A stretch of 63,336 nucleotides of DNA, the filler included, from Choristocarpus tenellus KU-1152 (taxonomy: Eukaryota; Protista; Phaeophyceae): the NCBI GenBank assembly GCA_964200185.2. It is 9 parts of 9 records of this genome, joined end to end, with 100 filler letters (N's around TTAATTAATTAA, not from the genome) between each part and the next. Parts side by side here need not be neighbours in the genome. Positions count along the whole stretch, not along the records: positions 41,109 to 63,336 come from CAXNAD020000295.1; 8 more parts are not named here. The stretch is one strand, 5' to 3'. The notes beneath the pieces are model-generated. The model was not told the origin of the DNA and ran no database searches. It worked only from the letters and a program-made list of their open reading frames with translations. Position 1 is the stretch's first letter, and the number at the start of each line of letters is the position of its first letter. Both the position numbers and the translations under genes were made by a program. Of the stretch, positions 53,065 through 63,336 are shown in pieces.

Positions 53065-54935
53065 GATGCCGTACGTCACCTTGTACCCATCACCCGAACA
53101 TAACAGGAATTTTGAAACCAGACCTCTACGACCTTCACCCTCTTTTCGTTGCTTCTCTGTTCTTTCTTGGTGGATTTAGAACCTAAACCAATTAAAAAAG
53201 TTGATACTCATTCCAAAACGATGGGAATGACATTCATCAATAAAATATACTATATTGTAAGTATTGTTGCATGACACAATAATCGATACTCACTAATCAA
53301 TACCACGTATTTCTATCTGGATGTATTTAACATTATATGTTTGACAAAAGTACCAAAAATATTGAAGTTGTGTAACTGCACAACTCACTTTCCTCTCCCT
53401 GCTTGTCACCAAGTCCAACGGGACCTCATGCTTTTTCCCTTACCACCGATATGGACACTTCTGAAGACACCTGCTAACACCAAGGACTCCTAGAACTCCT
53501 GAGGGCAGGGACAATGTTTCCTCATGAAGTTTCAGCACTGCACTGCGTCAACAGTTTATTTCGTTCCTTCCATCCAACGCTGCCACAAGTACGCCCACTC
53601 CCCTCCTTATCACCTCCTCCAGTCTCCTTGGTTCTATTCGGATCATGAGGACTTGACTGAGATGCTACTCGGGAGCTGTGTTAACAAGCTGCTCTCTCAG
53701 AGTGCCCTCTGCATCATCTGATGACGATACTCCAGAGTCTGGTTGCCGCTTGCCCACATGGGACATCCATTCATTGATGTTCATGCTTTTCGAGAATACA
53801 CGGTCTCCGTTGTAGTCACGATGCCCTCTTGAACTTCGAACATATCGGTCTGTGACTGATCCACTAGATTGAGCACGAGTCCCCTCGATCTACATACGAT
53901 AATCTTCAGAATGTACCCCTTTGCACTGTACATCCTCTTGCACCTGAAGAAATCGACATTGGGTGGGAGTGACAGCTGGCGGATTATTTCCAGCGACAGG
54001 GGAAATTCTGACCTCATCGCCTTGGGTTTCTGGAAAGAGATGCTTGATAGATGAGTTGATACAGTAAACTGCTGGACAAAACACTTGAGGAAGCAATCCC
54101 ACATACGGACAGAGGGTATGGCATTTCAATGTAGAAGGATCAAGGGCCAAGGTCAGTGATAGTGCGTAAGTAATATGTTATTACAATTTGATCCCTTCAA
54201 GAGGTCATTCCACAGCATACGCAATGCAAAATTTTATACCCTCCTTCAAATCCTCTAAAACTCGGTCGGTACCTGCCCATCAAACCACAACCCTATATCC
54301 TGAAAGCTACATTCTAGCAAAGCGTTAAAGCCTGTACGATAAGTCATCACTTAACATGAGTGTTTATATTTTTTATTTGTGAAAATTGTAGCAAAATGTC
54401 CAGGTCAATCCTGACATTGACCAGCGCAGTGGGGATTGAGCAACCTCGATGTGCACCGGGGGGGAGAAAGGTGTTCAAATTGTAGGATGTATACTCTATT
54501 GTTCTGTAGTTCTTCGTATGATATTTGGTACTGCGCATCTCGCGCAACCAAACATTTTAAGGCCTTGCTGCTCTTTGTGATATATGTACTCGTTGTAAAA
54601 TTTTATCTGATACTTCAGATGGCCTATACAACTGTGGCTGAAAAAAGCACAGATGTGTTTGGATTATTTCATCAGTATCACCATGCCGAAGAACAAACAG
54701 TCGCAAAATATTATTTTTTAAATAAACAAGACTTAAGATAACAAGGAGACATACAAAACCGACGATCAATATGTAGTGCAGACGTAACTAGAACCAGCGC
54801 AAGACCGAGGCTATGTAACGCATAAGGTGGATCTAGCGTGTAGTTGGCACGAGCATGCACAATACTGACAGCTGGTGCCAAAATGTAACTCATCATGAGG
54901 TGCGAGATGATGTAGAAGCGTGATACAGAGGAGAG

Positions 54936-57900
54936 TGCGCAAATTCAGACTACTGGTTATGTCAGTATGGAAGGAGAGAGAATAAAGGCATGGGAGCCTC
55001 ACACGATTCCCCTTTGGTGAAACATGATGAAATAGTTGAAAAGAAGAGTGTATGGTTTAGAAACTGTTGCTTCCAGAAAAAATCACTCACCCTAAACACA
55101 TACACTTCTAGGAAACTCCATCAAGATTTAGAAAACGTTTCGAACATGTCGACATCAAAACCCAAAATTGATTCTCTATAAATATCCCGCTAAGATATGA
55201 ACTACAGCCCCAAATGCTTTCGGTTCACATCATTGTAATTCTAAGTTGCAGTGCAGTAGGCATTTACTTCACTACCATAATTCCTTGACTCACATACTCC
55301 CTTGTGCATTTCAACTTCATTTCTACATGCCCAGTTCTTTCCATTGAAACCCACAGTTGTCCCTGCTTGTATTGCGATTCGGTTATCCCCATATCAAGTA
55401 GTAACCCCTTGTGGTATGCCAAGCTCCCCCAGGATTACTCTGATAAACATCGCGTGTCTCGTCTCTTTTACCATTGCTGTCCACTCTGCTTCTGAGCTAG
55501 ATACAGCTACTACTGCTCCTAGCAGTTTCGACTTCCACGCGATCGTTGTTCCATTGAACAAGAGTGGGTATCCTGTGACGCTCTGTCTCGAAACAGGATC
55601 GTTGGTCCAGTCCGAGTCCCCACACCCGATGGACCCTTTGTTTTCTGTCTCTCCTTCAGTGGGATAGAGTATCCCCACATTTGTGGAGCCTGCAGCGTAA
55701 CGCGGTAAATGTTCTAGTCCCTTCTAGTGTGGCCTGCATTGTGATGAAGCACTGCGATCTAGCTCCCTCACAAAGGCACTGTTGTCACTACCACTGTCTT
55801 GAAGATGTTGAAGTAGTCCACACCGTACCGTTGAGTGAAGCCTGTACCACCAACCTTCTTTTGTACCGTTCAATGGTCCCTTCGGCTATTCGCTTTATTT
55901 CTTGAATACAAACTTGGTCTTGACGGGTTTTCTTCTTTGTGACAAATCCTCGATATATATATATATAAAAATGCTCCTCTCATCCATTCTCTCTTCATCT
56001 CATTCTTGTCTGGTTGCGATTATCTCGCGTCAGACCCTGCGAGGGCGTTTGATATAGAACATGGTTGTTGATGGTTTGGAGATTAAGGAGATGGGGGGTA
56101 AGGTTCTATCCCCAACGAGCAAGAAGTGGGGGGTAAAGGGTGATACTTTTTGAGGATATATTTTGGGATGTGGTATCCCATTCCGAATATTGAGGAATGT
56201 GATCCTGCCATGAAGGTGGAGAATTTTTGGATTCTTGATCAAAAGTGAGTTACCTAAGGAATTTGGGGGAATGGTCCACAGATAAATCTCGAGAAATCGG
56301 AGGAATTTCTACAGGTGAAGGGAAGTATGGAAATAAAGGAGTCAAGCGAATGCGTCAATTGCCAGGAAGAGCCAGAAGGTAACACCTTGTCATTGGAACA
56401 ACATATTAGGCTAGTAACTGTGAAACTTCAAAGGTGATCCAGGGACAACAGTCGTCATTCCTAACGACCTCATCCCTTCACAAGATGATCGATATAACCG
56501 AGGCAATCAGGTCGGAGCTGCGGCTGTTGACCGAGCCTGCGCCAGATGGACGTGGAGCAGTCACCACACTTGTCCTTGAGGGAGCATGCCCATCGATTGG
56601 AGACGCCATGATTCTTGCTTACAGAGAGTAAAAAGAGATCGCTGTACCTTCCATCAAGGGGATCAGGGTATCAGTGGGAGCAGTTAACTAAGCCTCCGTC
56701 AGAGGGGGAAGGAGTAGGTATTTTTGAGATGCTTGCTGCGATGGGACACCTCCACAGCCCCCCACTCGCCTGTATGAGGGCTAGAGTTAGGCCTCCAACT
56801 CCTGAGGGAGAAGAAGCCAAGCAACCAGTCAGTATGGTATGTGTGCAATTTATCTTGGAAGGTACTATTGTCCTAGTTTGCACAGTAAGGCGTTGCTCTT
56901 TCCAAGGTGGTTGTCACAATGGCAGACAGACCTTGATGACTCTCGCAGGGAAGGCACCCTGGCGAGTCAGGTGGTTGGCAAAGTGCTGCCTACACAAGAC
57001 TGGTGAGTCTGGGGAGTGCGAAATACCTACTCCAGCTTCCCATTGTTACCGAAGGTGCAGGTCCACTTTGTTGGTATGACGGTGATGATACTATTGCCCG
57101 TTTCAGCTCCTCATAGATTGTATCGGGTCTTGTGATCAGCTGTGCGAAAAATGTTCGGCGTGGCGTTCTTGATGCCTACTTGCCAGTTTCAGCTACTCGT
57201 AGAATATATCGTGTCTTGTGATCAGCTGTGCGAAAATGTTGGGCATGCGTCCTTGATGCCTATTTGCTTGCTTCACCTTCTCGTAGGTTATATCAGGGCT
57301 TTTCAAGTTGGATTACGAAATCCATACTGTCTGTAGTCAAGGAGCACCGTAGCTCCCAGAAGCACCCTTCCAACGTAATGACTTGCACGGGGACCTCGTC
57401 CTCTGCGCGACCTCCAATGACTCTTTCTAATTCCATCCATACTCCTCTGCCGACTGGATTCTTGTGGTTCTCCAATCGCTCCACTATTGCTGCTGAAGAT
57501 CCTCATATCACTTGGACAACCAGCAGAAACCACAGAAGTGTCTTGTTCTTCTCGTAGATCTCGTGCGCTATTCGTTCCTAGACATCCCGCTAGTGTCTCC
57601 GTGGCTTCAGGGACCACGTATTTTCGCAGCAGAATGTCTTAAAGACCATTTCGACCGGCGTAACCACTCCACATATATTGTGTGCATGTTGTCCAGGTCT
57701 CCACATCCTGGTGGTCCAGTCCAGATGGGCAACTTCTTCACGTCGTTCTCCATACCATTGAGGCTCATAACCTGTGCAGGTTTAGACTGCTGTTTGTGTC
57801 AGTATGGAAGAAGAGAGAAGAAAGAGATGGGAGCCTCACATGATCCCCCTTTACTGAATGTGATCACACGGTTGAAAAGAGAAGAGTGAAAATACTACAG

Positions 57901-58018
57901 GTGGTGGGGCTTAGTTTGGTTAGCACCTGTTACTTCTAGGAAGAATCACTAACCCTGAACACTTAAAACATTTCAAGAAAACTCCAAGATTTAGAAATAC
58001 AACTCAAACATGTCAACA
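54936..58018 (-). mobile_element. Old, internally deleted Ty1/Copia LTR retrotransposon; LTRs about 54936-55154 and 57773-58018 (the ends at ~55154 and ~58018 may extend ~25-30 bp)
   Basis: Diverged direct repeats (TGTCAGTATGGAAG...ATGGGAGCCTCACA.GAT.CCC.TTT...CAAGATTTAGAAA...ACATGTC.ACA). PBS GGTTATGAGCC follows the 5' LTR. RT remnant IKRIAEGTIERYKRRLVVQ at about 55845-55910. RNase H DSDWTNDPVSRQSVTGY..IAWKSK..VSSSEAEW..LGELG at 55394-55640. Confidence 0.9.
57762..57772 (-). promoter_or_regulatory. Copia primer-binding site GGTTATGAGCC (initiator tRNA-Met half-molecule type)
   Basis: Lies immediately after the LTR end ...GCACA and resembles the Drosophila copia PBS GGTTATGGGCCC. Confidence 0.75.
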
Positions 58019-58572
58019 TCAATCCATGGTCAATTGTCAATAATTGACCTGGTATGACATGAACCAAGGTTTTGAATGCTTTTGGTTACATATTGCTGTA
58101 ATTCATATCTTATTTTGCACAATATCAACCTGACAGTATATGTACTTCTCCAAAAGAAATATATGTGTACTGTTTAACGCTTGAGAATACTTTTCATATC
58201 TCAATTCTTGACTCATGGAGTTTTATGAGGTGGGTGTCGTTAAATTTTTGAGGAAACCTACAAACTCCTTGTGGTAGACGTGCTTTGAAGACTCTGGAAA
58301 CCGCTTTAGGCCAACAAGGTGTTGACAGGTAATCCTCTTTTCTACAGCCAAACCCTCCAAACGGGGGTTAAATTGGTTTCGACCATTTCTACGGTGTACA
58401 TTATGCAGGGTTCAAAAATGTCTCATAACTCAAAAGGACCAAAATCAACCCTTATTTTGGATTGTTTCACTCCTTCAAACGGATCCAGCTACATTGGATG
58501 GTCAAGAAAAAAGACGCAGTTGTGGTCACCATATCAGGGCTGTAACTCATGCATTTCGCAATATATATGTTG

Positions 58573-60883
58573 CTATCGCAGGTTATGCAACTGTGGGAAG
58601 TCAGTGCCAAGGATACTATCCACGCGGTAGTCTTCCTCACCCCCACGGATAGCCTCCAGGCCTTGCAGGATAGGTTCTCCATATATGTCTAGCACAGGTC
58701 TGGTGGTCTCACCAAGAATACCCTGACTATTGTCCCCAAGGACAATTTTCTCAAACACAACGTTCATTTGGTAAGTCACATGGTCCGGCAAGTCAAACTT
58801 ATCAGTGGGGTCTCGCATGGCAACCTGGTGGATCTTGCCATGGTTCAACCTCATAGACAAAAGAGGGGAAGAAATCTGGAAAGAAACATGTTCCGACTGA
58901 TGCTCAAACAAAGAATCATTTGCCACTGCCTTCTCAATGTACTTTTTGCATTCTGCAGGATCTGTCCTCTTTCTGTCCCTCAGAATCCAATCAGACATTT
59001 GCAAGACCTCATGCAGGCGGCGATGGTCTTTCATGATAGAGTCTGTCTTGATCTGCTTTTCAATCCAATATTTTTCGAACCCAAACGGTCTACATTCCCC
59101 TGGAAGATTGGCCCCTGAGATCACGACACTATCTCCGAAGTCAACCTGGGCAACAAGCACAGTTTGAGATGGATTATAACAACAACCCATCGTCGAGACG
59201 AGAGAGAGAGTACTAGTCAACGATATTGAGAGGCGAGAGTATCAATATTCCTGACCGGTGTACCAGAGTAGCACTGTGGAGTATGTTATTTCCTGGAAAT
59301 ATTTATTTCATTTAAAAAAACTAACATCTGCAAAGGAGGAGTAACTGAGTCCATACCTCTCCAGGCTCCTCCATCTCTTGGCCATCAAGCAGCACTTTGA
59401 TTGCCCCTTCTGCAATGCACTTGCTGTTCTGTGGGCAATCAGTCTGTAGGACGTGGGTGTCTGCAACATAAATTTCTACACTGTGCTTTTTGCCACTCTC
59501 TCCACAAAGCAACATGCCTACACCTGTGATGTACGTGACTTGAGGAGTGTCGGGGATAGGCGCAGAAATACGCATGTTGATGACGTTACATATCCCATCG
59601 TTCACGAGGTTGTAGTACGCCCCTTCAAGGCCTGTGAAGTCGAACTTCTGTGACATGAACCCCATCAGATGAGGGTCACCTTCGCCCCCAGGATTGTCTA
59701 GAACAATAGCGTTGGGAACAAGAATAATACGATATATAATATTATTAGATCATTGGTACATGGACAAACTGTCAATATTTTGCAAACAAGATCTACTCCT
59801 AGTTGGTGTGTATGTCAGTGGCCTACTCGCAGTTGTGACGTTGGCAATTGACCAAAAGATCCCCATGCCAAAGAGGTTTAAAGCAAACCAGAAAATATCT
59901 ATTTCCTTTCCCAAAAAAAAACAGAGAGGGGACAATGAACAAAAAAATAAGAGTGTTGGTACAGCGAAGGCATATAGGACGTGAATGTACTACATACGTG
60001 CATTTTGCTTACCACAAACACCAGAGACATCCTCTTTGATGCATAAGCCATTAACGCAAACACAGGACCCCAATGTAGCTCCACAGTCCTGTAATGGCAA
60101 ACAATCGTCATGTGGAAATCTCTTATTCTTGTCGCTGAAGTATAGACTCACTCGATCAAGTAGTAGTCAAGAGTGACTAAAAGGACAGATGTGACGGAAG
60201 CAACAAGCAAGCTACTGCCTATAAAACACCAACTTTAACCCCACGCTTTGCAAGAATGGAGTTAGCACAGCCTGTCAGTCATGTTAGAGTCTTATCCCTT
60301 GCCTCTTCGTCTGTGTCTGCACCACTGTAGAACTCACAGATGGATGGCAATGATTCATCACCGAATGCAGGTAGACATTGCCCTATGTCTCCTTCTTGAG
60401 AGCAGCCCGCATTGATGTGCACTTCTTCTATGTAGCACTGAGATCAAGAATAGGTGGTGAGAATGGTCGGGAAAATTGATCAACACAGCACGTAGGAATA
60501 ACAGAATTGTATCATGCATCCATTACTCATTCTTTAGCGTGTAGGAAATATTTGTAATTTCATAGGAGTATATATGTTGTGATCTGTGTTATTATTTTGT
60601 GGTACTCATTACTTGAATATTGTTGTAACCTGGATTTAAACAGTTGGATAACAACAAAACAAGAACGAGAATATTATAGAAGAGCTTTTCTATAGAAGTA
60701 GCATTTACTATTAGGAGTTGGTGTACTTTATCACCTACCATTATTTAAGTCGATACTTACATCCTCTTGAGCCAAATTGTTGCTGGTGCACACATTTACT
60801 TGTCCATTTGCAAGGTCAAACAGAAGCGCCCAGAGGACCAGAGTGAAGGGGTCTGTCAAACCGAACGCCGTTATTGTTTTCCC
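58573..60883 (-). CDS. Secreted Cys-rich protein with C-terminal GDPH VWD/root-cap-like domain of the Ectocarpus-type family; exons 60883-60761, 60437-60303, 60088-60013, 59697-59357, 59145-58573 (start codon exon not fixed; candidate ATG at 61007)
   Basis: In-frame splicing. Hydrophobic LVLWALLFDLANG, then a Cys-rich segment, then GEGDPHLMGFMSQKFDFTG..NMRISAP..ANLPGECRPFGFEKYW..HQSEH..MRDPTDKFDLPDH..GILGET..DYRV. Confidence 0.88.
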
Positions 60884-61469
60884 CTGCAAAGTGTGTACGA
60901 TCGAAGGTCAAGTGGGGACTCTGCAGATAGGAGAAAGGTCATTCATCTCTCCTGGTACGCATTAGATCTAATTTGTTTGTTTGCGTTCCTGACGTGGGCT
61001 TGACCATGAACAAGAGAGAAAGATGCATCAATAACGAAAGAATGGTTATATCAAACGCACGATACTTGCATGATAAGTGATTGGTGATGACAGCAACTGC
61101 ACCCTCGTGAAACCCTAGCTATCACTCCTCTTGGACAAACAGAAGGAACACTATCATGACACCCTAAAGTGATATTGATTGATCATATTGGTGGTGAACG
61201 GAAGATGGGAATTGTGATCACCCGCATTAGCATTTCTCTGACAAGGTCCCCTTATTGTACCACCAAAAGTGAGCGCAAGAGCACCGTTCGCCAAAACTGA
61301 AATGCCATACTTTAATCTCCGGAGAATGCACACACTAGGATGCTCTATGCAGCTAGTTATAGGTTAGGAAACAACCAAATCCAAGAATCCAAGGAGTATC
61401 ACCAACCTTTCCTCAATGATTTGTTACGTAGGGTTGATGCAAGTAATATTGTACAGTGCAGTGCAGGAT

Positions 61470-62075
61470 AGTAACTCCTCTGCTCAGTCTACGTGCACGG
61501 TCTTCACTCCTCCAGACGGAATTTGGGATGCATCAATGGGGCGACCGGATCAAGACCAGAATAATCCTTGAATCTCCATGTAACACCAGCCCCCATGAGA
61601 AAAATCGCATGCATAGAATAGGGCAAACTGACCGAGTTACAACTTTCCTGGGACCGTTGTGAATTCTGTTGTGCTGTCCTAACAATACTGCTGACTCACA
61701 GAATACATCAAACTTCTGCCTGTGCCCACAAACTCGAGCGGTGGTTACGCGTGTCCGAGGGGACTGTCCGTTTTCGGCTGTACAAAGAGGGTTGTCTAAC
61801 GGAGAGAGCCTGCTATTAAGGCATCAACTGATTGGGCACTATCATTTCGACCAAGGACAACAAAATGTCGTTGAAAAAACTTTCTCTTTTTTTTTACATG
61901 CACACGAAAGACCCTGCCTAAGCATCTTTCGGATCAGAAGGGAACGATGGGCGAAGGAACTAAGAGAGAAACCAGAATCGGCCATAACAGAGTGTGACAT
62001 ATGCAAACTACACAACAACAGAGAAGACGAAAATACCCTCTTCTGTAATAAATGTGTGCATTATTGGGGAGTGGA
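61470..62075 (+). pseudogene. Degenerate SNF2-type helicase C-terminal fragment followed by a PHD-like finger fragment
   Basis: PLLSLRA and IILESPCN..NRMHRIGQTDRV resemble SNF2 motifs V/VI (LLSLKAG, R.HRIGQ); CDIC..NTLFCNKC resembles a PHD N-half; the frames are broken. Confidence 0.45.
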
Positions 62076-63336
62076 CCATAGCTTCTGATTTCATTCATGA
62101 TCTTAGAAGTATTTCTATTAACTTTGTACTGTATGCTTATTATTATGCCCGCTGACATTTGCAGATGTGCCAGGGGGGAAACCAATGAAAACAACTGTAC
62201 ACATACCAGTATAAGCCCATACTATATATCGATGATATACTGTCGCATCTGCAAAATGTCAGAGGGCATAATATATATATATATAATACTGTCGCTGAAG
62301 GAAGTTGTACCGTAGGTGGGACCCTAGCCAACAATTCCTTATGTACCTGTTTTTGGTCGGCGTTCTATGACGAACAACTTTCGATACCAATCTACTACCC
62401 ACCCATGGGCATACCTTTTATTTTTCCTGTCTATTATATAACAAGTCTTGTTGATTACTCCGTACTTTGTAACGCTAAAGTATTTGGGCATTTCTACTGC
62501 AATTTATATAATAATCTACTCTAAACCATCCTCTGTTCTTTCCACTATACGACTATAAACAACTACCACACGAAGTGGGAATAGAGAGGATGAATTGAAC
62601 CCATCTCCCGCGTCGGCTCTTCCATGGTGGATTAGCCAACCTTCTCCCTCCAACTCCTGACCGAAATATAACCAAGCAACCACGAGAAAGAAATATATGT
62701 AGATATATCCCCTTTATTTCCTTCTATCCAACCTTTGGTATGACTTGTCCGCATTATTGTAACATCTACTCCTTCACTGCCTCATGAAATCTCCCTTTCA
62801 TACAAAAAAACAAAACTAGAAATGGCTAGCCCACATTCCACATGGAATTGGGTAAGTCATCTGCAAAGGGGTCACAAATTCTTACAGGAATAAAAAAACA
62901 TTGTTCCCTACGGTTCCGAATCCCTGTGTGCTTCGAAAAACCCAAATTCCTCTGGATATTCCTCCTTCAGCAATCCCAACGCTTTTTTCTGGATGTCTCG
63001 ATGGATGGATGACATTGACGCAGTGTTTAAATATGAGGCTTCAGCTTAGTTTTTCATTTAAAAACGCCTCCCGTAAAAATAATGTTGCTACAGAAGTTCA
63101 AGTAGCCTCCCATCAGACCCACTCGTCCACTAGCAATGGTGTCGCTGTTCCAACATCTGAGGCGCGAAAGCGCTCCCACCTTGAAGTTTTGATCTCAGCA
63201 TCTTCGAGGTGGAAAGTTTTAGAGACTCCTTAGAAAGCAACCAGAACGTTTCTTAGATTGAATTAGCCACACACAGTAGGGGAGGGACGGAAGGATATAG
63301 TAGGAAAGGGGCTGTGACCCAAAGAATCTGGGGGGG

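Noticed and set aside
53524-54150. Overlapping ORFs upstream of the IPT-like repeat gene
   Set aside because: No motif or splice-consistent model found.

Overview
Eukaryotic, intron-rich DNA made of nine contigs/scaffold pieces joined by eight artificial 100-bp spacers (44N-TTAATTAATTAA-44N), so adjacency across a spacer is not evidence of linkage. The source is very probably a brown alga (Phaeophyceae): it has a brown-algal-type vanadium haloperoxidase, an Ectocarpus-type GDPH/VWD-like protein, an ASAFAP-like plastid leader and TTAGGG repeats. By splicing exons by hand I reconstruct nine genes, most of them missed by the ORF track: (1) a spliced ParB/Sulfiredoxin-fold (DGNHR) protein with an HTH-like segment (765..2888, the most unusual item); (2) an Aa_trans amino-acid transporter fragment; (3) a PPR protein fragment; (4) an RsuA/RluB-family pseudouridine synthase; (5) the N-terminal half of a vanadium haloperoxidase; (6) exon 1 of a site-1 protease; (7) a complete 4-exon, probably plastid-targeted GXWXG/DUF4334-like protein; (8) a 10-exon secreted IPT/TIG-like repeat protein; (9) a Cys-rich plus GDPH VWD-like secreted protein. 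Also present: an intronless double-RING ORF, an old Copia LTR element with a half-tRNA-type PBS, two MITE families sharing an AAAGTATCT terminal core, decayed YchF and SNF2/PHD fragments, a high rate of GC-AG introns, and telomere-like or microsatellite tracts with an apparent polarity inside introns. All family assignments come from motif recognition by eye; no database search was run.
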